Shown here piece after piece: positions 1-9,273 of a DNA stretch of 64,000 bases (the stretch's first letter is position 1; each line of letters starts with the position of its first letter). Both the position numbers and the translations under genes were made by a program. Where the stretch lies: assembly GCA_963701855.1 (NCBI GenBank), contig CAVPBK010000013.1, positions 41,574 to 105,573 on the forward strand, read 5' to 3'. Below the pieces are notes generated by a model that worked only from the letters and a program-made list of their open reading frames with translations, was not told where the DNA came from and did no database searches. The stretch is from Nitrospirota bacterium (lineage in GTDB: Bacteria; Nitrospirota; Nitrospiria; Nitrospirales; Nitrospiraceae).

Positions 1-1094
1 GATGAAGTCTGCCGCTCAGACGTGGGAGAGAAGCCCGGCGCCGTCTGCGACAACCCGGACGGCGTGAGACCCGACAGAACCTTCTGCTCGAAAATACCAA
101 GTGCATGACGAACCGACTGGCGCACCAACTGATGAAGCGCTTCTGTTTCCGCGAACCGCACTTCCTTTTTTGTGGGATGCACGTTGACATCGAGCCGATC
201 CGGCTCGATGTCAAGAAAGAGCACGAACGTCGGGCGAGACCCTTTGGGAAGAAACGATCCATACCCTTCCATGACCGCATGAAATACGGTCGCATTGCGA
301 ACGGGACGCCGGTTTACAAACAATTCCTGCGGTATTTTCGAGGACCGCGCATGGACAGGATCGACCATCACGCCGCGGATTGACAATCCCCCTGTCCTGC
401 CTCGCACCTCAATGGTCCGATCGAGAAACCCCTGGCGAAATACTTGGAGGATTCGATCGCGATCCGCTGTCACGGCAGGATAGTTCAGAACCTCCTGGCC
501 GTTATTGGTCAAGCGAAAATGCACGGATGGCCAAGCGAGGCCTGCGAGTTGCACAACATGGCTGATATGGGAGAACTCGGTCGTGGTCGATTTGAGAAAT
601 TTCTTCCTGGCCGGTTGGTTGAAAAATAGATTGGAGACGTCGATCCGGGTTCCAGGAACGTGGGGCGCGTCCACGATTGCACTGGCGGCCCCTGCAACCA
701 AGGTGAACTGCGACCCCACCATATCCTGCCTGGTTGCGGTCGTCACCAGCACATGGGAAACGGAGGCAATACTCGGTAACGCCTCGCCGCGAAAGCCCAT
801 CGTCGTCACCGAGGCGAGATCCCGATCGGATCGGAGCTTGCTGGTGGCGTGCCGCTCGAAGGCAAGGGGGAGATCGGTACGGTTGATCCCCTCTCCATCA
901 TCCGCAACTCGAATGAGGGCTAGTCCACCATCTTTCACATCAATCGTAATGTGCAGAGCCCCTGCATCGAGGCTGTTTTCCAGTAATTCTTTGACGACGG
1001 CGGCAGGACGCTCGACAACCTCGCCGGCTGCGATTCGGCTGACTACGTCGTCTGTGAGGATATGGATCTTGGCGGAACGACTGGCGGCGGGCAT
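1..1094 (-). CDS. mutL: DNA mismatch repair protein MutL (runs off the window edge; absent from the ORF track)
   Basis: Manual translation from the ATG at 1094 gives SRIAAGEVVERPAAVVKELLENSLDAG, RHATSKL, GFRGEALPSI and DVNVHPTKKEVRF, all hallmark MutL motifs. Confidence 0.97.
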   Translation of the reverse strand, partial: MPAASRSAKIHILTDDVVSRIAAGEVVERPAAVVKELLENSLDAGALHITIDVKDGGLALIRVADDGEGINRTDLPLAFERHATSKLRSDRDLASVTTMGFRGEALPSIASVSHVLVTTATRQDMVGSQFTLVAGAASAIVDAPHVPGTRIDVSNLFFNQPARKKFLKSTTTEFSHISHVVQLAGLAWPSVHFRLTNNGQEVLNYPAVTADRDRILQVFRQGFLDRTIEVRGRTGGLSIRGVMVDPVHARSSKIPQELFVNRRPVRNATVFHAVMEGYGSFLPKGSRPTFVLFLDIEPDRLDVNVHPTKKEVRFAETEALHQLVRQSVRHALGIFEQKVLSGLTPSGLSQTAPGFSPTSERQTS

Positions 1095-1160
1095 GAAGCT
1101 AGACTCCGGGGAACGCCAAAAATACGGGGGCCATCACGAACCGTTTCAATGGACATCCGA

Positions 1161-1952
1161 TCATCGAATTTCTGCCAACTTATTCTTAGCCAGCTTCGCC
1201 TCGTCCGACGTGGGAAACTCTTCGATGACCCGTTTGAGATTCGTCTTTGATTTGGCGAGATCTCCGGTTTCTCCCGCCGCCAGTCCTAATTTAAACAGCG
1301 CCGCCGGCACCTTCTCGTTTCCCGGATACTCTGTTGAAAGATACTCGAACGATTGCATCGCACGCACGTAATCTTTCTGCTGATAGGAGGACTCTCCCAA
1401 CCAGTAGTAGGCATTCGGCGTCAGCGACGTACCGGGGAAATCTTTTACAAATCGCTGAAAGCCCGCCACGGCAAGATCGTATTTCCCATTGAGATAGTCG
1501 TTATACGCCAGATTGAACGCCGACGTCGGAGTAATTGAGGAAATGCCGGGCATCGTTGTCGGCGCATCTGCCGCGGAGACCGGCTTCTGTGGTTTAGAGA
1601 GACGAGCAGGGTCAACTTGAGACGGCTCCACCTTGGGCATAACCGGAGCACCCGATGTCTCGTCGAGTTTGGCCAACCGACCCTCTATCTTTTGGACCCG
1701 TACAGACAGTTCATCGAACTTCGGATCGAGCTTCTGTCTAGCGGACTCGCTATCCTTCACCCGCTCCAGCGACTCCAACCGTCGTTGCAGCGCATCCAGC
1801 CGTTTTTGATCTTGTTCCTGAGACTTCGACACCGTCGCCAAGTGATCACGCAATCCCACAAAATCTGCGTGATTGGCGCATCCGGAGAGCCACAGCATCG
1901 CCCCGGCCATGAGAATGGCCGATCCCCTTGAACCTGCTTTTTTGCGCATCAC
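1161..1952 (-). CDS. cpoB: Tol-Pal system TPR protein CpoB/YbgF (lipoprotein)
   Basis: Lipobox LSGC, coiled coil, C-terminal TPR (AYYWLGES, EKVPAALFKLG); last gene of the tol-pal operon. Confidence 0.9.
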   Translation of the reverse strand: MMRKKAGSRGSAILMAGAMLWLSGCANHADFVGLRDHLATVSKSQEQDQKRLDALQRRLESLERVKDSESARQKLDPKFDELSVRVQKIEGRLAKLDETSGAPVMPKVEPSQVDPARLSKPQKPVSAADAPTTMPGISSITPTSAFNLAYNDYLNGKYDLAVAGFQRFVKDFPGTSLTPNAYYWLGESSYQQKDYVRAMQSFEYLSTEYPGNEKVPAALFKLGLAAGETGDLAKSKTNLKRVIEEFPTSDEAKLAKNKLAEIR

Positions 1953-1954
1953 AG

Positions 1955-3409
1955 TTATCGCGACTCCTTTAACTGGGTTAGTTTATCGGATGCTTTCCCT
2001 GCCTCGGGAGTCCGTGGATACAACGTCACCACCTGTTTGAAAGCCGAAGACGCGCGCTTCTTATCTTTCATCGCCAAGTACGCGTACCCTTTCTTCAAAA
2101 TCGCCGCCGGCACTTTCTCGCTCTGAGGGAAATCCAGTTCGACGCGGTCATAGGAGTCAATCGCCTGTTTATAATCTTTTTTCCCATAGTGCGATTCACC
2201 GAGCCAATAGCGCGCATTGGGGGACAGATCCGAATTCTCATAGTCACGCAAAAATGCGGCGAACCCCTGCCGGGCTCCATCCAAGTCTCCATCACGAAAC
2301 AGCGCCAGGAGACGTTCATACTCGACTTTATCGGGGCGTTCACTACTCTGACTGACCTGCGGTCGCGGCGACTCCTCGGTCTCAGCTGCCAACGTCGCCC
2401 CTTCAGCTTGCGCAGAGAGCGAAGCCGAAGGCATTTCCTGCTCAGCCGTTGGGGTTTCAGACGAAGGCACCGCTCCCAATCGGTGTGCCGGCTTGGTGGG
2501 TGACTGTCGCGCCCCTCCCTTGTTTCCCCGTACATGCGCACCCTGATCAACGGCCTTTGAGAGGGCATCTAGACGACGATCCTGTTCATCGAAGCGAGCA
2601 GCAAATTTCTGCGCAACAGATGCGACACTCTTATTGACCTCGCCTAAATGACCGGTCACTGCTTTGTTCATCTCATTGATATGAGTTGCCGAGGCTTTGC
2701 TTGCCTGCTCTTCTTGGCTCACCCGCTCGCTCAATCCTGTCAGTGAATCCCTGAATGCCGCTAAGGACTGACTGAATTGTACGAATTTTGCCGACAACTG
2801 TTCGTCCCGAACCTGGTTATCCGCCAGCGTCTTATGCTGTTCCTCCAAACGCACGTCAAGACTCTTGGCGAGTCCGCTGTTTGTCTTCTGCACAACCTCG
2901 ATGATCTCTTTTCGCACCACCTCCATCTGTCGGGTCACGTCGTCAAGGCGAGCATTCACATCCATGCGAAACTGATCGCGATCCTGCTTGTTTTTGACAT
3001 CTTGCGCATTCAGGCTCTCGCGCGCCTGGTTGTAGCGAGTCGCGCTATCCGCTTCCAGCTTGCCGGCCAACTGTTCGAGCCGCTTGGTTTGCTGCTCAAG
3101 TTGCGCAGAGCGCTGCTTGAGATCTTCCTGTTTGCCTTGGAGCTCCTGAGCCTGATGCAACGCCCGCTCCAGTTCGCCACGTAACTGCGGCAGCTCCTGT
3201 TCCCGAAGCACCGAAATCTCCTGACTCTGTCGCGCGCGGGTTTGTGCAGACTCATCGCTCGACTGCTTGATGCGCTGCTGAAGATTCTTCTCGGTCTGTT
3301 TGAGATCGGCTTGTTGGGCAATGCAGCCGGTCGACAACAAAACACAGGTTGTAAAGATCGCTGTCCAGGCTCCCTTAGTATCCGAATGGTTCCACATTGT
3401 TCCACCCAT
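1955..3409 (-). CDS. Second CpoB/YbgF-like protein with a long coiled coil
   Basis: STGC lipobox-like motif, about 250 aa of heptad-rich helix, C-terminal TPR (ARYWLGES, EKVPAAILKKG). Confidence 0.85.
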   Translation of the reverse strand: MGGTMWNHSDTKGAWTAIFTTCVLLSTGCIAQQADLKQTEKNLQQRIKQSSDESAQTRARQSQEISVLREQELPQLRGELERALHQAQELQGKQEDLKQRSAQLEQQTKRLEQLAGKLEADSATRYNQARESLNAQDVKNKQDRDQFRMDVNARLDDVTRQMEVVRKEIIEVVQKTNSGLAKSLDVRLEEQHKTLADNQVRDEQLSAKFVQFSQSLAAFRDSLTGLSERVSQEEQASKASATHINEMNKAVTGHLGEVNKSVASVAQKFAARFDEQDRRLDALSKAVDQGAHVRGNKGGARQSPTKPAHRLGAVPSSETPTAEQEMPSASLSAQAEGATLAAETEESPRPQVSQSSERPDKVEYERLLALFRDGDLDGARQGFAAFLRDYENSDLSPNARYWLGESHYGKKDYKQAIDSYDRVELDFPQSEKVPAAILKKGYAYLAMKDKKRASSAFKQVVTLYPRTPEAGKASDKLTQLKESR

Positions 3410-3482
3410 TTATATAAAGGAATCCCCTACTTCTCTCTCTCAGACAATGGAATCACAACCGCTACGATAAAGAACGCGTCGC

Positions 3483-4154
3483 CTACTTCCCGGTCTTCAC
3501 CGCAAGATGTCCTCGCCGATTCTGCTGATAGCACGACTCTGCATGTTCATTGCAGGATGGTCGCTCTTTTCCATACGATACCACGGACAGACGATTGGCA
3601 CTGACACCAAGTTCGACCAGATAGTTCCGGGCAGCCTTCGCCCGTTTTTCACCGAGGACAAGATTGTAGGCAGTGGTCCCGCGCTCGTCACAGTGCCCTT
3701 CGACCTTGACCAGCGTGCTCTGGTTGGACTTCATCCACTCGGCATCGCGAGCCAACGATTGACGTCCATCCTCGGAAATCACCCAGCTGTCATAGGCGAA
3801 GAACACATCTCGCAAGCCCGCTGCGGCTGAAGCGGCCTGCTCAGCCCTGATCTCATCCATTTGTCGTCCGGCACTGCTGGAGGGATCCACTTTTGCCAGC
3901 ATCGTACCACCGCCCACTCGCTCTTCCGAAGGGTTCTTGTCGAGACCCCGGAGCCCACCGCCACCCGACTGAACGCCGGTGTCTGGAAAGCTGCCGACAC
4001 CGGACCTAGGACTATCTGTCCCTCCCTTTGCCATCCCTTGAGCAGACTGGGAGTCGCTACCGGACTGTACGGATTTTTTAGAGCAGCCAGGCATACCAAT
4101 CAATGCCATGCTCATCACCAGGGCCGCCCCATATAAATAGACCGTCTTGTTCAT
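3483..4154 (-). CDS. pal: Peptidoglycan-associated lipoprotein Pal
   Basis: Lipobox plus OmpA-like domain VEGHCDERGT..YNLVLGEKRA..SYGKERP..QNRR. Confidence 0.95.
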   Translation of the reverse strand: MNKTVYLYGAALVMSMALIGMPGCSKKSVQSGSDSQSAQGMAKGGTDSPRSGVGSFPDTGVQSGGGGLRGLDKNPSEERVGGGTMLAKVDPSSSAGRQMDEIRAEQAASAAAGLRDVFFAYDSWVISEDGRQSLARDAEWMKSNQSTLVKVEGHCDERGTTAYNLVLGEKRAKAARNYLVELGVSANRLSVVSYGKERPSCNEHAESCYQQNRRGHLAVKTGK

Positions 4155-4233
4155 ACCTCTATCTCCTTTATCCCAGGTTAGTTATCTCTAGAACTTATCC
4201 CTTGATTCATCCAGCACGGTCAATCTCTTAGAC

Positions 4234-5574
4234 TCATGATGCCGGAGACCAGGAGGGCGCACTATTGTGCGTGCCCTGGAAGGTAAGCCGTTCTATGTCC
4301 TTACCATCGGCATCAATCATATAGATCTGGCTCTTTCCATCGGACGTTGAACTGAACACCAAATGCCGGCCATCCGGCGACCAGGAGGGTGAATCATCGA
4401 CACCAGGTCCTGTCGTCAATTGCATTCGCTTTTGTCCATCCGGCGAGATGACACAGAGTTTATACTCTCTATGCGTCCGGCACACATAGGCGATCCAGTT
4501 CCCGCGCGGCGACCACACCGGCGCCGCATTGTAATCGCCTTCAAACGTCAGGCGGCGCACGTTCGACCCATCTGACCCCATCAGGAACAACTGCGGCCCG
4601 CCACCTCGATCTGACACAAACACCAACTCTCTCCCATTCGGAGACCAGGAGGGAGATAAGTCGCCGGACGGGTTTACAGTCAATCGTTGAATGGCTTTTG
4701 TTCTTGTATCCAACCGATAGAGTTCGGAATTGCCTTCGTGGCTGGAGGCAAACGCCAGGAAGTTCCCATCAGGAGACAATGACGGAGTGATGTTCAGTCC
4801 CCCCAGGGAAATCACCGTCCATCGCTTGCCCGTTGCCAACTCGATCATGTCGATATCCTGCGAATTGCGATTGCGATAGGCGGTGAAGATCAGGAACCGG
4901 CGATCGGGAGACCATTGCGGCATGAGGTTCAGAAATCCATCAGCGGTGAGTTGGCGCGTATCGTGGCCATCGTAATCCATCACGAACAACTCTCGAGCAG
5001 CACCCTGTTCAGCCACATACGCGATCTTCGTCCGCGCGATGCCCGGCTCGCCCGTATAACGAAATACCAACTCGTCGGCAAAGCGGTGCGCCATCAGCCG
5101 CACAACTGAGGTCGATCCAACATAGCGCTTCCCCCCCACGAGTTCATCGCTGCCGCTGTCATAGACGAAGCCCTCCATATTCACGTCGGCTTCTTTGTCT
5201 GTCCCTTTCAGCCCTGCTTTTCCCCAGACCAACACCGAGACACCCTTCTCAGCCGCCTGCCTAAATATGGCTTTAGAACCGGCCCCCGTCCCGTTGCCGA
5301 TATCGGGTGTTTGAATTCCAAGACTGGGCAAATCCACCAGATCGAAAACCAAGGAGCGCTTCACATCCTTTTTGAGAACTTCTTCAATCCGCCCCCCCAA
5401 CCAATCGGGGCCGCCCGCGTTTTGTATTCCCGCCACACCCAGGGCAATCTTTTGGAAGTCGGGACGAGTGGCTTCGAGGAACACATCCGCTGCCCCGGAC
5501 TCAAGAGTGCCGACAACTCCTGCGAGCAACAACACTCCCCCAACCCAGGCACTGATTAACTTCAGCTGTGTCAT
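4234..5574 (-). CDS. tolB: Tol-Pal beta-propeller protein TolB
   Basis: AHRFADE N-domain motif and repeated PSWSPDG (PD40) blades. Confidence 0.95.
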   Translation of the reverse strand: MTQLKLISAWVGGVLLLAGVVGTLESGAADVFLEATRPDFQKIALGVAGIQNAGGPDWLGGRIEEVLKKDVKRSLVFDLVDLPSLGIQTPDIGNGTGAGSKAIFRQAAEKGVSVLVWGKAGLKGTDKEADVNMEGFVYDSGSDELVGGKRYVGSTSVVRLMAHRFADELVFRYTGEPGIARTKIAYVAEQGAARELFVMDYDGHDTRQLTADGFLNLMPQWSPDRRFLIFTAYRNRNSQDIDMIELATGKRWTVISLGGLNITPSLSPDGNFLAFASSHEGNSELYRLDTRTKAIQRLTVNPSGDLSPSWSPNGRELVFVSDRGGGPQLFLMGSDGSNVRRLTFEGDYNAAPVWSPRGNWIAYVCRTHREYKLCVISPDGQKRMQLTTGPGVDDSPSWSPDGRHLVFSSTSDGKSQIYMIDADGKDIERLTFQGTHNSAPSWSPAS

Positions 5575-6572
5575 CCTACCGACTCTCCAACTCGAAACAC
5601 CATCTCTACATCTTTGTGACTATCTGCCATATCGGCAGGAAACAGGGGTAGGACTCGTGGCCGCAGCACGGCGCGCTGGCCCGCTATATCAAAATACGCA
5701 TTCCCGGACGACTGTTGTACGACCACGTCTTTAATCGTCCCATCCCGTTGAAGCCGAAACTTGATGATCACCGTATAGGTTTGTCCCGCCATATCGATCG
5801 GAGGCGGCTCCCACTGGCTACTAATAATAGACTGTACCCGCGCCCAGTAGGGATTCGACCCAGCCGAACCGGAAATCTTCAGAGCCGTCTCGGGAGCCTT
5901 GACTGTTGGAACTTTTACCTCCTGCTGGGGCACCGGTTTGACTGACATTTCACTCGGCTTCACCTCTTTTGGAATATCCAGCTTGGCCGCAGGCTGAAAC
6001 TGTTTGACCTTTTTCAGTTCTTCTTCTAGTTCCCTACTCACATCCTCGCTGACCGAAGACCGTTGCAGAACCTTTGCAACCGGGGCTTGCACCACATCCG
6101 GCACATGGGGGATATCGAGCACCTTCGCCGCCTGCTGAGGCTGTCCCGCCGACTTTGTTGCAGGACTCAAGTCTCCGAACTTCGGCGCATCCGGTGGAAG
6201 CTCAAGATCCCGCAACATGTCCCTTCTTTTCTCGCCTACTGGAGGCACGGCAGCCAAGACTGCGCTGGGGATCACCGCCTTGACTAACGGGACAGGAATC
6301 GGCTTCGGATCTGAAACTTTCGCAGACTCGACAGGCTTCACCGATTCAGCTTGCCTCACAGGCGTCGGCAGACTGACCAGCGACACCTCCACAGACGTCA
6401 AAGGCCGTTCACCCTGTTGTGGAAGTCGAAGCCCTGCCACCACGAGCAGGACAACCACATGCACGACGAGCGACAGCGCCAATGTTCGCTTGAGTCGAGC
6501 TGACAGTCTGGATTGATCGTCCCGATCGAACCCCATACCCGACAAGAGCGATACCTGGGACGCCATCATCAC
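5571..6572 (-). CDS. tolA: TolA/TonB-family energy transducer
   Basis: Single N-terminal TM helix with SxxxH, Pro/Lys-rich linker, C-terminal SSGNAYFD domain; lies between tolR and tolB. Confidence 0.8.
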   Translation of the reverse strand: MMMASQVSLLSGMGFDRDDQSRLSARLKRTLALSLVVHVVVLLVVAGLRLPQQGERPLTSVEVSLVSLPTPVRQAESVKPVESAKVSDPKPIPVPLVKAVIPSAVLAAVPPVGEKRRDMLRDLELPPDAPKFGDLSPATKSAGQPQQAAKVLDIPHVPDVVQAPVAKVLQRSSVSEDVSRELEEELKKVKQFQPAAKLDIPKEVKPSEMSVKPVPQQEVKVPTVKAPETALKISGSAGSNPYWARVQSIISSQWEPPPIDMAGQTYTVIIKFRLQRDGTIKDVVVQQSSGNAYFDIAGQRAVLRPRVLPLFPADMADSHKDVEMVFRVGESVG

Positions 6573-6593
6573 CGGCCTCTCGAACAGATTGCG

Positions 6594-7046
6594 TCAACTT
6601 TTTCGCAACGGGAGACGCGGAGCTTGCGATGACCCCACACGCTCGGGACCAACTGGCTCCGTAACCATCCCAATTTTCTCAATCCCGGCTTTCTTGACGC
6701 CGTCCATGACTTGCACCACAACGCCGTATGGCACGTCACGATCCGCCCTGAGATAGAGGGACACATCGGGATGGTCTCGTTTCAAGATTTTCAATTTCTG
6801 TTCCAGCTGGGCCACCCCGACAGGATCTTTGTCGAGATACAGTCGTTGATCTTTTTCAATCGTGAGCACCGTGCGCATGTCCGGTTTGATGGTATTCGAA
6901 GCAGAAGTCGGTAGCTTAATGTCCATCCCCCGGTACAACATCGGCGCAGTGACCATGAAAATCACCAAGAGGACGAGAACCACATCGACGAGGGGGATAA
7001 CGTTGATCTCTGCCAGAAATCGGCGGTGACGGGACTCCAGGGTCAT
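6594..7046 (-). CDS. tolR: TolR/ExbD
   Basis: EINVIPLVDVVLVLLVIFMVTAP and LRADRDVPYG motifs. Confidence 0.93.
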   Translation of the reverse strand: MTLESRHRRFLAEINVIPLVDVVLVLLVIFMVTAPMLYRGMDIKLPTSASNTIKPDMRTVLTIEKDQRLYLDKDPVGVAQLEQKLKILKRDHPDVSLYLRADRDVPYGVVVQVMDGVKKAGIEKIGMVTEPVGPERVGSSQAPRLPLRKS

Positions 7047-7748
7047 CCTTGAACTCCGACCGGAATTGGTTTCTTCTTCGATGAAGAGATCGAGAGGGAT
7101 GACAGAATCTCAATGGTAACCGAATCCAATCGGAATGCCGTCCTGCGAATCCGGCTGAGGAAGTAGTTATAGGCAATGACCGCTGGGATAGCGGTGAACA
7201 GACCGGCTGCCGTCGCGACTAACGCTTCCGCAACGCCGGGAGCGACAGCGGAAATACTGGCGGTTCCTTGGGTGCCGATTTCACGAAACGCATCGATGAT
7301 TCCCATCACGGTCCCGAGCAATCCGACAAACGGTGTAATGTTTCCCGTCGTAGCAAGGAACGGGAGATAGGTCTCGAGGCGGGAGAGCTGGCTCTGTGCC
7401 AGATGAGAGGCGGCCCGCTCTATCACATGGTGATCAACTGGTCCTGTGCTGGCGCCGTTCCTCCCCTCACCCCGTTCAGCTCCTACACGTTCCATCACCC
7501 CTTCAAATACGACCGCGCTAGGACTCCCTTCGATTCGTCGAACTTGCCGATATAGCTCGTCGAGATCTCAGAGTTTTTACTAAGAGTGCTAAGAACTGCT
7601 TATCCTCGCGGTCTGCCACACTAAACGCACGCCATTTCGAGAAAATAACAGCCCACGAGAAAACTGAGAAGACGAGCAGGAGCAAGAGGACAACTTTTGA
7701 AACCGCGCCGAGCGAACCGACCAGTCCGATTAAACCCGTTTGAAACAT
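7043..7748 (-). CDS. tolQ: TolQ/ExbB, split by a one-base insertion near 7568-7571 (probable sequencing error)
   Basis: The N-terminal part MFQTG..SWAVIFSKW (ATG 7748) and the C-terminal part LATTGNITPFVGLLGTV..VAPGVAEAL are in different frames; removing one base joins them. Confidence 0.88.
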
Positions 7749-7822
7749 GCGGCGATAACCTCTCCAGGCTCTAAAAAGCACTCACTGCTCTACCTGCGGA
7801 GTCTAACAGACACAGGAGAAAA

Positions 7823-7899
7823 TGGCGGGGCCGACGGGATTTGAACCCGCGACCTCCAGATTGACAATCTGGCGTCCTAACCAGCTGAACGACGGCCCC
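7823..7899 (-). tRNA. tRNA-Asp(GTC)
   Basis: GGGGCCG..CCAGA-TTGTCAA-TCTGG..GGTTCAAATCC..CGGCCCC-GCCA cloverleaf with encoded CCA. Confidence 0.97.
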
Positions 7900-8018
7900 T
7901 TAAAACTCTACGTATAGCGGAAGATGTGAGTGACAAGACTATATCTAGCGGTTTGTCCCGTCTGAAGTTCTTATTTTCGTATTCTATTCTGTCCTGTCCC
8001 CTTAACCCAGCATTTCCC

Positions 8019-8094
8019 TGGTAGGCGGAACAGGGATCGAACCTGCGACATCCACCGTGTAAAGGTGGCGCTCTGCCAACTGAGCTATCCGCCC
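8019..8094 (-). tRNA. tRNA-Val(TAC)
   Basis: GGGCGGA..CCACC-TTTACAC-GGTGG..GGTTCGATCC..TCCGCCT-ACCA. Confidence 0.97.
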
Positions 8095-8117
8095 GATTTC
8101 GTTAGCAACCTTGGCGG

Positions 8118-8146
8118 ATGCTACCAACTCCACTTCCCCTTGTCAA
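8118..8146 (-). promoter_or_regulatory. Sigma70-type promoter for the tRNA-Val/tRNA-Asp pair
   Basis: TTGACA-17 nt-TAGCAT, ending 23 nt upstream of tRNA-Val. Confidence 0.7.
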
Positions 8147-8217
8147 TCGAATCTCGCACTCTTCTTGCATTTTTCGGTCGCTGCGCACTCCGCTCATTAT
8201 GAGTTGCCTCTCCTCGA

Positions 8218-9139
8218 TTATTTTTTTTGCCTCTGGTGGGGCCGGCCCACCCGAGGAAAATACCTGTCATGGACCCGCTTTAGAACGTCCCCGTTCAATG
8301 TGCGTGTAGATCTGCGTCGTCGCAATATTCGCATGGCCGAGCATCACTTGAACAGACCGAAGATCCGCGCCGCCTTCAAGCAGATGCGTCGCAAACGAAT
8401 GCCGAAGCATGTGCGGCGAGATCACCTGTCTAATTCCTGCTCTCTGTGCACGGCGTCGCAGCAATTTCCAAAAGGCTTGTCGCGTCAATGGCCCGCCCCG
8501 CCTCGACACAAACACATACCGTGAAACCCGCTTCTTGAGAAGTCGTGGCCGCGCCTCTTCCACATACTGCTGCAGCAGCTGTCGAGCCCTCTCACCCACC
8601 GGCACAAGGCGCTGCTTCGCGCCCTTGCCGGTGACCCGGAGGTATCCGACATCGAGATTCACCAGCGCCATTTCAACCATTACCAGTTCCGACACGCGAA
8701 GCCCCGTTGCATAGAGCAACTCCAACATCGAGCGATCACGCAGATCTTCAAGGGTCGGGACTGCCCCCAAATCTAACAACGCGGTGACATCCTGCTGCGA
8801 TAGAGCTTTCGGCAGTCGAACGGCTCGCGATATCGGGGCCAAACCAATGGTAGGATTCTCCTCGATCATCCGTTCCCGCATCAGAAACTGGAGCCATCCA
8901 CGAATAGCAGAGAGACAGCGTAGGGAAGAAGCGCGAGACAATCGTGCCTCGTGCATGAAACGGAGAAATCCCGTCAATGTCTCCGGCATAAGAGGCCCGA
9001 TCGGCACGACACCGATTCGCTGCAAATAGGAATGAAACTTATGCAGGTCGCGACGGTAGGCTTCGATTGTATTGACGGACAGACCGCCCTCTACCCGGAG
9101 ATGGCTCAAATATCGCTCTGCTAGCGGATGTAACATCAT
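8218..9139 (-). CDS. xerD: Tyrosine recombinase XerD (extra base at 8284-8285 alters the last ~22 codons)
   Basis: LLYATGLRVSEL, GKGAKQR, HMLRHSFATHLLEGGADLRSVQVMLGH and TTQIYTH motifs. Removing one base restores a typical RLKRVHDRYFPR tail ending at 8218. Confidence 0.93.
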
Positions 9140-9273
9140 CTTTTGCCATGATAGCCAACGCTGATACTGAACACAACGAGCCCTGCGGGCCATGGGGGTT
9201 TACCTTGACACCCCACAGGGTTTCCGATAGTAGTCACATGCGAATGACATAGCCGTCAGACCGCCAGGAGCTC

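Noticed and set aside
505..1371. 288-aa plus-strand ORF
   Set aside because: Antisense shadow of mutL and cpoB.
8218..9139. XerD as the integron integrase or a tRNA-linked prophage integrase
   Set aside because: Typical XerD length and motifs, no IntI-specific insertion, housekeeping neighbours, no tRNA-end duplication seen, and about 29 kb from the attC sites.
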